This document shows positions 26,579-36,016 of a stretch of 64,000 nucleotides of DNA, one piece after another. The notes beneath the pieces were generated by a model. It had not been told where the DNA came from, searched no databases, and saw only the letters and a list, made by a program, of their open reading frames with translations. Source of the DNA: Caldithrix sp. (GTDB lineage: Bacteria; Zhuqueibacterota; Zhuqueibacteria; Thermofontimicrobiales; Sulfurfontimicrobiaceae). The stretch spans positions 9,774 to 73,773 of the forward strand of contig DYKB01000026.1 in NCBI GenBank assembly GCA_020722815.1. The letters are read 5' to 3'. The stretch's first letter is position 1; the number at the start of each line of letters is the position of its first letter. Both the position numbers and the translations under genes were made by a program.

Positions 26579-27955
26579 ATGAGGTTGAGTATGAAATCCA
26601 ACTATACGCGTCGTGACTGGCTTAAATTAGGCAGTCTTTTGGCTTTAGGTGTCAATATTACCGCCAATAAAGCAAGGGCAATCCCTTATCATCCTTCATC
26701 AACAAATGATAAAAAGCTAACCCGACCATTAACTGCCGTTGTTTTAGGTGCCGGAAATCGGGGAAATGTCTATGCAGCCTATCGCAAAAGATATCCGGAT
26801 GAACTAAAAATTGTTGGGGTGGCCGAACCAATCGAATTACGCCGAAAAAGATTTTCGGAACAATATGATATTCCGGCGAAATATCAATGGATTACCTGGG
26901 AGCACGCGCTGCAAATTCCAAAGTTTGCTGATGTGCTGATTATTACAACACCAGACCACCTTCACTATGGTCCTGCCATGCAAGGACTGGCATTGGGGTA
27001 TGATCTGCTTCTTGAAAAAGCGATTGCCCAGTCCTGGGATCAGTGTAACGATATTTTAAAATTAAGCCAGGAACGGCAACGGATTGTGGCAATTTGTCAT
27101 GTCCTTCGATATACCCCCTATTTCCGCAAACTCAAAGCGGTGATGGATTCCGGTGCATTGGGAACTATTGTCAGTGTTCAGCATTTTGAACCAGTAGAAC
27201 ATATCCACATGTCGCATTCTTTTGTTCGGGGCAACTGGCGAAACACCAAAGAGAGTAATCCAATGATTCTCTCCAAATCCTGCCATGATCTTGATATCCT
27301 GCGCTGGCTTATCAACAAACCATGCGTTCGATTATCCTCTTTTGGCTCATTAAAATATTTCAAAGCTGAAAATGCACCGGCAGGAAGCACCTTGCGCTGT
27401 ATTGATGGCTGTCAGGTCGAAAGTGAATGCCCTTATTCAGCCATCAAAATTTATCTAAAGCGGAATGATTGGGTTCAAAGCTTACGATTGGAAAATAATA
27501 ATCCTGAAACTATTTTAAAAGCCTTAAAAGAAGGCCCCTATGGTCGTTGTGTCTTTCATTGTGATAATGATGTCGTCGATCATCAGGTCGTGGCTATGGA
27601 ATTTGAAGAACAGATCACCGCCTCGTTCGCGATGGAAGCTTTTACATCTTATGGTGGCCGTCGTACCTGCGTCATGGGCACACTTGGGGATGCTGTTGGT
27701 GATATGAATACCCTCACCATCACCGATTTTCGAACCAATCAGAAGCAGGTTTGGGATGCGCGACAGGCAGCAAAAATCGAATCAGGACATGGTGGCGGTG
27801 ATTATGGCCTGATGCATGATTTTATCCGGGCCGTGACGCAACAAAATCCAGCCTTGTTGACTTCAACAATAGAAGCTTCAATGGAAAGCCATCTAATGGC
27901 TTTCAAAGCGGAAGAAAGCCGTTTAAGCGGAAAAACAGTCGCTGTCAAACTTTAA
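26579..27955 (+). CDS. Gfo/Idh/MocA-family oxidoreductase with twin-arginine signal
   Basis: It has a Tat-like N-terminus (YTRRDWLKLGSLLALGV...ARA) and a Rossmann motif (AVVLGAGNRGNVYA). LLLEKAIA matches the family EKP motif region. Confidence 0.75.
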   Translation: MRLSMKSNYTRRDWLKLGSLLALGVNITANKARAIPYHPSSTNDKKLTRPLTAVVLGAGNRGNVYAAYRKRYPDELKIVGVAEPIELRRKRFSEQYDIPAKYQWITWEHALQIPKFADVLIITTPDHLHYGPAMQGLALGYDLLLEKAIAQSWDQCNDILKLSQERQRIVAICHVLRYTPYFRKLKAVMDSGALGTIVSVQHFEPVEHIHMSHSFVRGNWRNTKESNPMILSKSCHDLDILRWLINKPCVRLSSFGSLKYFKAENAPAGSTLRCIDGCQVESECPYSAIKIYLKRNDWVQSLRLENNNPETILKALKEGPYGRCVFHCDNDVVDHQVVAMEFEEQITASFAMEAFTSYGGRRTCVMGTLGDAVGDMNTLTITDFRTNQKQVWDARQAAKIESGHGGGDYGLMHDFIRAVTQQNPALLTSTIEASMESHLMAFKAEESRLSGKTVAVKL

Positions 27956-28774
27956 TCCGGCAGTTTGAGTATCGTAATTTTTTAAAAATTCGTTTAATTT
28001 ACGTAAATGATCTGTATTTATCAGATCAACACCGGCATCCAGCAACTCTTGCCAGACTTTTTCACGTTTTCCATTTTCATCTGGCGTATCCCAAAATCGT
28101 ACTTTTCGACCTTTTGAATGGACTTTTAGACAAAATTCTTTCAGTTTCTTACGTTCTTTGTCTGAAAAGCCATTTTCTCCATCCCAATCGAAAGCTACGG
28201 TCCAATCTTCACTAATAAGCGGCATAAGTGAAGCTGGATAATCTGCATCGAGATGTTCTTTTCGACCATCGCATCCAGCATAACGAATTTCTTCTTTTTC
28301 CAGCAGACAAATTGGTGCTTTCCCGGAAATTACCACCAAAATTGGCTTTTTATTCACGACACCCTTTTTAAAAGAAGTTAGAATGTCGCTATATTTAGCC
28401 AATACTTTTCTTAACCTTCGATAGACAAATTTTACGAATAACGGTTTAATATCAATGAGCATAATTAACTGCTGATTCGCAGGAAATAATGTACCATTAT
28501 TTTTCTGGATTATTTCTCTGAGCGGTTTTAAATAGTGTTTTTCAATATCCTTAAACTTAAAAATATCCAGAATACTATGTCCGATAAATAATTTGCCAAT
28601 AAAACAGCAGATATCAACTTCAATGCTGCAAAACCCATACTTTAGCGCATCAATCAGTGGCTTTTCCTGCATATAATCATTATGGGCGTGCGCATGAACC
28701 AGTGGTATCGGACTCACTTGAATACTTTCTGGTAAATTCATTGGCATTCCTCCAATGATTAAAATTACAATCAA
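27923..28774 (-). CDS. PLC-like phosphodiesterase superfamily protein (PI-PLC X / AIM6-like)
   Basis: 283 aa. The N-terminal VHAHAHNDYMQEKPLIDALKYGFCSIEVDI is characteristic of this family. Its 3' end overlaps the convergent oxidoreductase gene by 33 nt. Confidence 0.6.
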   Translation of the reverse strand: MIVILIIGGMPMNLPESIQVSPIPLVHAHAHNDYMQEKPLIDALKYGFCSIEVDICCFIGKLFIGHSILDIFKFKDIEKHYLKPLREIIQKNNGTLFPANQQLIMLIDIKPLFVKFVYRRLRKVLAKYSDILTSFKKGVVNKKPILVVISGKAPICLLEKEEIRYAGCDGRKEHLDADYPASLMPLISEDWTVAFDWDGENGFSDKERKKLKEFCLKVHSKGRKVRFWDTPDENGKREKVWQELLDAGVDLINTDHLRKLNEFLKNYDTQTAGLKFDSDCFSA

Positions 28775-28798
28775 AGATTTAAAATGATGAACCGGATT

Positions 28799-29494
28799 CT
28801 ATCCGGCATTTTTTATAATAGAATTTGCTTTATCATGACAGTTTAACATCACATCTAATATAGACAGATTGTATAGAAATTTATCCCAGAGTTGCGGATA
28901 AACTGGTGGTTGAAAGCGTGCTGCGATGAATTGGACGTTATTTTTCTCCAACAGTGAGATTTCTGTAAATTTTTTTGCCGCAGGAAAATTTAAAAATGAA
29001 TCGGCATTATAATACTGACAGATGCGGATAATCAAATCGGTTCCTTTACCGTTGATGCCAAGCTGGGACTGGCGAATAATTCTGGTTTTGAGACCTAATT
29101 CTTTCCAGAAAAACAGAATTAATTCATAGTTTAAATCAAACAGAAATCGATGGTGATGAGAATAAATTGCTTTTATTTGCGGATAAATTTCTGAAAAATA
29201 AGGTGAATTTGAATAATAATGAAGCAAGCTTTGTAAATGCTTAAATCGCCAGTCGATCTCATCATAAATGAGGACATCACGGATAATTTGCTTGCCACGT
29301 CCTTTTTTCCACACCGGAACAGTGAGCCAGAGCATGCCAGCATCGGATTTTAATCGATTACGATTCATCCAGCCATGACCCCGTGGATACTGGACGTCAT
29401 CCAGCAAAACCAGGCAATCAGCCATCATGGCTTTATAAAAAAAGCCTGGCCAAGGCAAAAAAATAGGTTGGTTCGTTGTGATTATCATCGTCAT
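28799..29494 (-). CDS. WbqC-family protein
   Basis: 231 aa. NQPIFLPWPGFFYKAMMADCLVLLDDVQYPRGHGWMNRNRLKS...WLTVPV matches the WbqC-like family signature. Confidence 0.75.
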   Translation of the reverse strand: MTMIITTNQPIFLPWPGFFYKAMMADCLVLLDDVQYPRGHGWMNRNRLKSDAGMLWLTVPVWKKGRGKQIIRDVLIYDEIDWRFKHLQSLLHYYSNSPYFSEIYPQIKAIYSHHHRFLFDLNYELILFFWKELGLKTRIIRQSQLGINGKGTDLIIRICQYYNADSFLNFPAAKKFTEISLLEKNNVQFIAARFQPPVYPQLWDKFLYNLSILDVMLNCHDKANSIIKNAG

Positions 29495-29566
29495 TTCCCA
29501 TGATTTGACTATTTGTTAACATAAGGTATTAATATCTCCAATCAGTTTCAGGGTCCCTTTCATTTT

Positions 29567-29700
29567 GAGTGAAGCGAGAAATCAGTATACCGTTGCTCAT
29601 TCCGAATTTGCAATCGATTCTCACAACACTGAATGGTAAAATTGGCGTCGACAGGCTCAGCCAGCGGCATCTACCCTACCCGGAGCTTGTCGAAGGGTGC
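29567..29700. repeat. Two adjacent palindromic repeats (families F and E)
   Basis: Family F: gagtgaagcgagaaatc...gattctcac (29567-29624). A short inverted relative, ctgagaatcgatgcgttcactc, lies near 26370-26392. Family E: gcgtcgacaggctcagcc...ggagcttgtcgaagggtgc (29645-29700). Confidence 0.6.
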
Positions 29701-29730
29701 TTTATTAACCATATTTTTTACGAAGAAAAT

Positions 29731-32010
29731 TTAAGAATTTAAAGCCAGTTGAATCAAGCCAAGCGCACTTTCTTTTCCTTTTTCACCCACTTCCAGAACC
29801 GGTCCCACACAGGAGGGGCAGCCATTTTTACAATTGCATTTTAAAATCAAATCCCTTGCTGCTTGAAGTAAATCTTCATGCAGGTAATAAATTTTCCGAC
29901 TAAAACCAACACCCCCCGCATGATTATCATAAATATAAATAGTGGGTTCCTGGGAAAATGGCGAACGAACCATCGGAACGATTTGAATATCCCTGATGTC
30001 ACACATCATTAGAATAGCAGTCACATGATGTAAGACATTCGCCAGGGCACGCAGCCCTTCACCTAAAGTATCACCTGAAAGTGAAAGGCGTTTCGCGGCA
30101 TCATCCGGAAATTCGTACCAATAGCTGGTGGTGTGCATGGAAATTTCTGGTAATTCAATTTTTCCATAACCAACATTTTCATGGGTATGAAATTTAATCT
30201 TCTTAAAATCTGAAGTCAAACGCGTCACATTAATTTCTCCATGCGCTTTTTTCCCATCATTCAGCGCCCTTTCTTCAAAAATATCAAGGACTTTAATATC
30301 AGTACTCGTATGTGCGTCGGTATAATAATCCACCTGAACCTGATGCACAAAGGCTTTTTTTCGATCCCAATCCAGCTTATCCACATGGAATTGATGACCT
30401 TCATGAATATAAATGGCATCACGATGGACCAGGATGGGCGCGTCGAGGAGATTCACCTCGCCAATGACGCGTTCTTTCCCGGTTGTATCGATAATTACAA
30501 CATTTTCCGGTGTAGCACTGCGAAGACTAATTTGTTCGGCCGGGTAAACTTCGGTCATCCAGTGCCATTTCCCATCCACATGATGCAGGATTCGATTTTC
30601 TTCTAAATATTCCAGCACCTCATGGGTTGTTTCCACTCCAAATTTTTCATCGTCGGTAAAAGGAAGTTCAAATGCAGCACATTTAATATGGCTTAATAAA
30701 ATAATGAGATTATTTGGATCAATCGTGCCAGCTTCCGGTGATTTTCCGAAAAAATAATCCGGGTGATTAATGATAAACTGATCAATCGGTGAACTGGAGG
30801 CGACCAGAACCGCCACCGATACGCCGGAACGACGTCCGGCTCGTCCCGCTTGCTGCCAGGTGCTGGCAATTCGACCCGGATAGCCAGCCATCACCGCTGC
30901 CTCCAATTGACCAATATCAATACCCAATTCCAGCGCGTTGGTACTGACGACACCTAAAATTTCACCATTTCGCAAGCCGCACTCAATTGCCCGGCGTTCA
31001 GTCGGAAGATAGCCACCCCGATAACCTCGCACCAGTTGCGGGGATTTTCCCGCCCATTGCATCAATTCTTTCAGATAAGTTACCAGAATCTCGACTCGTA
31101 ATCGACTTCGGGTAAAGACAATGGTCTGAATTTTATTTAAAAGAAATCGTTTGGCAATTTCCCGGGCTTCTTTGATACTCGATTTCCGAATTCCTAATTC
31201 ACGATTGACGACTGGTGGATTATAAAAAAGAATATGCTTTTCACCCCGCGGTGCACCATTTTTATCGACCAATTCGACTTTTTCTTCAAGTATTTCTTGA
31301 GCTAATTCAGCCGGATTGGCAATGGTGGCCGAACAACAAATAAATTGTGGATTTGCGCCATAAAACTGGCAGATACGTTTTAAACGACGTAAAACATTGG
31401 CCAGATGGCTTCCAAATACACCCCGATAATGATGTAATTCATCAATCACCACATATTTTAAATTTTCGAATAATTTGACCCACTTGGTATGATGCGGCAA
31501 AATTCCCTGATGCAGCATGTCCGGGTTGGTCACCACAATGTGCCCGGCGCTGCGAATCGCTTTCCTGGCGGAAGCTGGCGTATCGCCATCAAAAGTATAC
31601 GCACGAATATCAAAATTGATTTTATCACCCAGTTGCTTAATGATATCCTGTAACTCAGCCACCTGATCCTGCGAAAGCGCTTTGGTGGGAAAAAGATAAA
31701 GTGCACGGGATTCCGGATTTTCCAGCACCTGATTCAGTACAGGAAGATTATAGCAAAGCGTTTTTCCCGAAGCCGTAGGTGTCACCACCACAACATTTTT
31801 TCCATTAATAATTTGCGTTATTGCCGCTGCCTGATGTGAAAATAAGCGCTTAATCCCGTGTTGATTTAGGGCAGTGATTAATTCCGGTCGAAGTTTGGTT
31901 GGAAAATTTGCCCATTGTGCTTCTTGTGCCGGAAGTGTCTGCCAATGTGTAATATTTTGCATAAATTCCGGATCACGTTTGAGATTATCGAGTACTTGAA
32001 GTAAATTCAT
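29731..32010 (-). CDS. DEAD/DEAH-box helicase with C-terminal DUF1998 zinc-finger domain (MrfA/YprA-like)
   Basis: 759 aa. Motif I is VVVTPTASGKT, motif II is VIDELHHY, motif III is CSAT and motif VI is QQAGRAGRR. The C-terminal CNCKNGCPSCVGP is the DUF1998 Cys cluster. Confidence 0.85.
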   Translation of the reverse strand: MNLLQVLDNLKRDPEFMQNITHWQTLPAQEAQWANFPTKLRPELITALNQHGIKRLFSHQAAAITQIINGKNVVVVTPTASGKTLCYNLPVLNQVLENPESRALYLFPTKALSQDQVAELQDIIKQLGDKINFDIRAYTFDGDTPASARKAIRSAGHIVVTNPDMLHQGILPHHTKWVKLFENLKYVVIDELHHYRGVFGSHLANVLRRLKRICQFYGANPQFICCSATIANPAELAQEILEEKVELVDKNGAPRGEKHILFYNPPVVNRELGIRKSSIKEAREIAKRFLLNKIQTIVFTRSRLRVEILVTYLKELMQWAGKSPQLVRGYRGGYLPTERRAIECGLRNGEILGVVSTNALELGIDIGQLEAAVMAGYPGRIASTWQQAGRAGRRSGVSVAVLVASSSPIDQFIINHPDYFFGKSPEAGTIDPNNLIILLSHIKCAAFELPFTDDEKFGVETTHEVLEYLEENRILHHVDGKWHWMTEVYPAEQISLRSATPENVVIIDTTGKERVIGEVNLLDAPILVHRDAIYIHEGHQFHVDKLDWDRKKAFVHQVQVDYYTDAHTSTDIKVLDIFEERALNDGKKAHGEINVTRLTSDFKKIKFHTHENVGYGKIELPEISMHTTSYWYEFPDDAAKRLSLSGDTLGEGLRALANVLHHVTAILMMCDIRDIQIVPMVRSPFSQEPTIYIYDNHAGGVGFSRKIYYLHEDLLQAARDLILKCNCKNGCPSCVGPVLEVGEKGKESALGLIQLALNS

Positions 32011-32168
32011 AAATTTTCGAGGTTATTTGATGAATATTGAATAATTATCTGTTTAGATGCGATAGAACTGCTGATTTCGTGAATTGCATAGATTTCTTTC
32101 GGTGAAAACTGCGAAATCAATCGTGAATTATTTTCTTTAAAATTAAAGCGTTTATTTAATGAAGATGA

Positions 32169-33422
32169 TTAACGCTCCCCTATTTTTCGTTTTAGCCGAC
32201 GCAAGCGATGTCGTAATTCTTCCCGTAATTCGGACGGGATAGCAGCCGGTTGAATCATTTCTTTAAAGTCGATGTCATTCAAGGCCATTCTGGTATAAGA
32301 AATGGCTTTTGAATAATCATTAACCTGGTGCTCATAATATTTTGCCAGTTCAACCAAAACTTCAATTGAAGATATTCCCTTTGATAACATTGCCTGCCAG
32401 AGGTCCACGGCCTTTTCCCAACGATTCGCCTTTTTATAACATGATCCAAGCTGCAAGCCAATTACTTCATGACCTTTTTTCTGAAGATTTTTTTCCCAAG
32501 CGCGTTCATAAAAACGGATGGACTGGTCCAGTAAATCCAGGTCCTCATAAATACCGGCGATATTAAAATATTCAGCAGCAGTAAGGGAATTGGAATCAGC
32601 ATTCTCAAATAACTCGTACGATTTTAAGGTCAGATAGGCCAGCGAAAGGACATCCTGGAAATTATGATCAAAAATCGATTTTAATGATGCGGCATCCCCG
32701 GTTCGCAAATAATCAAAATACAATTGCGGCACCTGTGAACCAGGAAGATCATGTTGACGTTGAATATTCAGTATATTTTCTTCAACCGAGGTCAGACTGC
32801 AGGATGCAAGCAATTTCTTCCAGAACCGACGAGCGGTATACAACAAATCCAGATGCTGTGCCGGAAAAAAATCGGTATCAATTTTTGACAGCGTGAATCG
32901 TGTCTTTAGCAGGGGAATATCATAACTCTTGCCATTATAAGAAATAATCGCCTGCCTGTTTTTTAACCTTTCTTTCAGGCAATGCAGCAAGGCCGGTTCT
33001 TCCTGATAATTTCTTAAAAAAAATTGTTCAATTTCAAATCCGCTGGATGTAAAATAACCCAATCCCACCAGAATGACATAAGTGCCAGCACCACCGGCCA
33101 ATCCAGTGGTTTCAGTATCCAGAAATACAGTTTGATTAATATCGAACGATTTTAAATCCCAGTCCTTCCCCACTATCGGAAAAAATTCAGCCGACTTTTT
33201 TGAAAGTCGAAAAATATCGGCATGAGTTGAATCACTTTCCGTCAAGATGACACGTGTCGTGAAACAATTGCCAGCAGGTGTCCCGGTGAAGAAGCCATTT
33301 ACATATTTCTCGATACCCGCTCCAGTGGTAATTAACTCCGGCGTAACCGGGCTGGTTTTATTTAAATTAAGTTGATAAAGTTTTTCTTTGAGACTCATGG
33401 GTCGATCATCTGCGAACTTCAA
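32169..33422 (-). CDS. RNase H-like (YprB/MrfB-like) exonuclease domain protein with C-terminal TPR-like repeats
   Basis: 417 aa. FLDTETTGLAGGAGTYVILVGLGYF and SYNGKSYDIPLL are YprB-type DEDD exonuclease motifs. The C-terminal ~130 aa contain TPR-like helices (AEYFNIAGIYEDLDLLDQSIRFYERAW...). Confidence 0.7.
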   Translation of the reverse strand: MKFADDRPMSLKEKLYQLNLNKTSPVTPELITTGAGIEKYVNGFFTGTPAGNCFTTRVILTESDSTHADIFRLSKKSAEFFPIVGKDWDLKSFDINQTVFLDTETTGLAGGAGTYVILVGLGYFTSSGFEIEQFFLRNYQEEPALLHCLKERLKNRQAIISYNGKSYDIPLLKTRFTLSKIDTDFFPAQHLDLLYTARRFWKKLLASCSLTSVEENILNIQRQHDLPGSQVPQLYFDYLRTGDAASLKSIFDHNFQDVLSLAYLTLKSYELFENADSNSLTAAEYFNIAGIYEDLDLLDQSIRFYERAWEKNLQKKGHEVIGLQLGSCYKKANRWEKAVDLWQAMLSKGISSIEVLVELAKYYEHQVNDYSKAISYTRMALNDIDFKEMIQPAAIPSELREELRHRLRRLKRKIGER

Positions 33423-33533
33423 GTATCACTTTAAGTGATCAATTCATATCATTTAAATAAAATTACAAATAATTTCTTAATAAATCAATGAAATTTTATG
33501 GATTTGAACAGATAATTCACAATCGACCAATTT

Positions 33534-34181
33534 TTAAAAAATTTTAAAATAGGCTAATCCCAAAAGCAATAAACGAATGGCAAAATAAAAAAGTGCAAGT
33601 CCCAGAAAGCGCATTAAATAAAGATAAACACGCCCCTTTTTGAGTCCTTGAAAAAAGTTAATAAATATCGCGATCGCCGAAAATGTTCCGACAAGTGTCA
33701 GATAAAAACCAAGCAGAAAAAGAACGGCATAAAATAATCCCTGTTGAAAACCTTTTACAAGCATTGGCGCACCGATGGAAAACCAGAAAAGATATGGATG
33801 TGGACTCAGGAGGTTTGTGAAGAAAGCTTTGCGGATTGAATGTGGCGTTAATTTCACTTTTTCGGTGGGCACATTCGCAGCTTTCATATTTTGAATACCC
33901 CAATAGCCCAAAAAAATTGCACCGCTAATAGTGATCAGGCCCAAAATGTGCGTGAAATCAGAGATTCGGGAAAGAATGAAGACAGTAAACATGACAATCG
34001 GTGCATCAGTCAGAAGAGGCGCCAGGGCGACTTTCAGTCCTGCCCGTGAATTGTGCTGCATGGTCTCTGAAATAACCAGTGTTTGAAGCGGACCAGGCGC
34101 TAAAGCAGCACTAATGCCTAAAGTAAAACCAGTGAGAAAATATGATAACATGAGTTGTTGCTCTCTTAGTTCATTAGACAA
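33534..34181 (-). CDS. LysE/RhtB-family amino-acid exporter
   Basis: 215 aa with six hydrophobic segments. The N-terminal FLTGFTLGISAALAPGPLQTLVISETM is the LysE-family signature region. Confidence 0.75.
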   Translation of the reverse strand: MSNELREQQLMLSYFLTGFTLGISAALAPGPLQTLVISETMQHNSRAGLKVALAPLLTDAPIVMFTVFILSRISDFTHILGLITISGAIFLGYWGIQNMKAANVPTEKVKLTPHSIRKAFFTNLLSPHPYLFWFSIGAPMLVKGFQQGLFYAVLFLLGFYLTLVGTFSAIAIFINFFQGLKKGRVYLYLMRFLGLALFYFAIRLLLLGLAYFKIF

Positions 34182-34301
34182 TTTTAGTTAAATTCAATTA
34201 ACATCATCAGATTTTGTTCCAAATCAGAACATGATGGTTGTCTTAACATGAAATTGATTCGAGTAGAAAAGGGGTGGGAAAATCGATAGGGACAAAAATT
34301 T

Positions 34302-34622
34302 TCACGGATTAATCATACACAAATTCTTCCTTTTCTTCATAAAAAACCGAGCAAACATAAAGACAGCGCCCACAGTTACGACACCTGTCATAATCAATGA
34401 CAGGCGGTGAAAAAATATCGTCCTGTGAAAGCGCCTCGTAAGGACAAGCGCGAACGGCAGCACAGCGATGATTAAGGTGCTATCGCCGTGAATCCAAGCA
34501 CCGGAACCAATCGCCATGTAAAATATCGTTTGAGGGTTCTGGAAAATGTGCCGTTGATGGTACCACCGAAAAACAAATTTTTGTCTCACTGGCTGTTCCT
34601 GAAGTTGGACGATTCCTGACAA
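34302..34622 (-). pseudogene. Probable remnant of a small 4Fe-4S ferredoxin-domain gene (the track ORF is mostly out of frame)
   Basis: Another minus-strand frame, 34479..34309, reads HLNHRCAAVRACPYEALSQDDIFSPPVIDYDRCRNCGRCLYVCSVFYEEKEEFVYD*. It holds one complete CxxCxxCxxxC motif plus a degraded first motif ending ACP. It has no start codon and a TAG lies immediately upstream. Confidence 0.35.
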
Positions 34623-34690
34623 TATTGGATGGCCAATATAAAAAACCTGTCGGCGTTATCGGTTCTGAGATTAAAGATATGCTATATAGT

Positions 34691-34826
34691 GTCGGTCCGA
34701 AAATACCCAATTCTGTCATGGCGAGGCGTTTTTTGCCAAAGCAATCCCCTCATAAAACGGCTGAGATGGCTGCGTCGCCCAAAACGCTTCTCGCAATGAC
34801 AGTTCCGGATTCATCTTCGGACAGAC
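34691..34826. repeat. Nested palindromic repeat, family B core inside GTCxGTCCGAAAA termini
   Basis: The outer arms are gtcggtccgaaaa (34691-34703) and ttcggacagac (34816-34826). The core reads ctgtcatggcgaggcgttttttgccaaagcaatcccc...cgtcgcccaaaacgcttctcgcaatgacag. The left half is nearly identical to the copy at 19527-19570. Confidence 0.8.
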
Positions 34827-34840
34827 AAAAGTCAAGTCCT

Positions 34841-35905
34841 TTATTTCGGCTTGTAAAAGTCCTTCAGCTGCGGTGAAATTTTCTTCCATTTGGCATTCAT
34901 TACTGCCCGGGCACGATCATCGTTACGCGTTTCCAGATATTTTTGTTCCTTTTGTAATTTCAAATAATTTTGATACCTTCTTTGATCTAAGGTTCCTTCT
35001 TCAAGGGCAGCTTTTACCGCACAATCAGGTTCATTTTCATGATGACAATTCCGAAACCGGCAATTAGCAGCCAATTCTTCAATATCTTCAAAAGCATCCT
35101 GTAACCCATCTTCCTGGGTGAGAACCTGCAATTCACGCAAGCCAGGATTATCAATAATCATTCCACCATCTGTCAGAAAGAACAATTCCCGGCGACTGGT
35201 GGTGTGCCGGCCACGGCCATCATTTTCCCGAATTTCACCAACGAGTTGACGTTCGGTCCCCAATAATCGATTAATAATCGATGATTTACCCACACCGGAT
35301 GAACCCAGCAGGGTGATGGTTTTACCAGACTGCGAATAGGATTTCAAAGAATCCAAACCCTCATTTTTTAGAGCACTCACTGCAAATATTGGTACTCCGA
35401 ATGCAATAGACTCAACGGCGGTCATTTTTTCATCTAAATCTGAGCAGATATCCGTTTTATTTAATATAATAATCGGTTCTGCCCCACTATCCCAGGCCAA
35501 GGCCAGATAGCGTTCTATCCGCTGCAGATTAAAATCCAAATCCAGCCCCGCCACAATGAAAATGTAGTCGATATTGGCGACCAGTACCTGAATCTCGCTT
35601 TTTATGCCAGCCGCTTTTCGTGAAAAATGAGTTTTTCGAGGGAGTAAGCTTTGAATAATACCGTTTTTTTCACCGGGACGCAGCGCTACAACAACCCAAT
35701 CCCCAACGACTGGAAAATCCGCTTTTGACTTTGCCTGATGATGCAATTTGCCTGCTAATTCTGCCAGAATTTCGCCATTTTCAGCGTAAAGATAATAATG
35801 CTGTTTTTCAACTCGTCGCACACGTGCAGGTACACTGCCATCGGTTCGGTAAGATTCAAAATAGGCTTCAAAGAATGAATTCCAGCCAAGAGCGTCTAAA
35901 TTCAT
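34841..35905 (-). CDS. rsgA: Ribosome small-subunit-dependent GTPase A
   Basis: 354 aa with an OB-fold N-terminus (VGDWVVV). It is a circularly permuted GTPase (NKTD..., GSSGVGKSSIINRLLG, GRHTTSRRELF). It has a C-terminal zinc knuckle (CRFRNCHHENEPDCAV). Confidence 0.9.
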   Translation of the reverse strand: MNLDALGWNSFFEAYFESYRTDGSVPARVRRVEKQHYYLYAENGEILAELAGKLHHQAKSKADFPVVGDWVVVALRPGEKNGIIQSLLPRKTHFSRKAAGIKSEIQVLVANIDYIFIVAGLDLDFNLQRIERYLALAWDSGAEPIIILNKTDICSDLDEKMTAVESIAFGVPIFAVSALKNEGLDSLKSYSQSGKTITLLGSSGVGKSSIINRLLGTERQLVGEIRENDGRGRHTTSRRELFFLTDGGMIIDNPGLRELQVLTQEDGLQDAFEDIEELAANCRFRNCHHENEPDCAVKAALEEGTLDQRRYQNYLKLQKEQKYLETRNDDRARAVMNAKWKKISPQLKDFYKPK

Positions 35906-36016
35906 GAAATCGGTTCCTGAAGTTTATCCATAAACTAATAAAAGATAATGCTAAATTTCAAATTTTGCAAGAAAAAATTTTAACCATCGATTCAATTCCT
36001 TTTTGAATTTGCCGAA

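Noticed and set aside
27923-27955. 33-nt convergent overlap of the oxidoreductase and PLC-like genes as a regulatory antisense feature
   Set aside because: Short convergent 3' overlaps are common and need no special explanation, and I saw no structure there.
1163-33903. Numerous 60-150-aa track ORFs nested inside or antisense to large genes (for example 1895..2356, 10405..10605, 17596..17874, 26068..26466, 30241..30606, 33658..33903)
   Set aside because: They overlap well-supported longer ORFs with recognisable domains, and they have no RBS and no family resemblance. They are typical shadow ORFs.
34625-34876. Track ORF 34625..34876(+) as a small protein
   Set aside because: It is a translation of the family B repeat at 34691-34826 and runs antisense into the rsgA 3' end.
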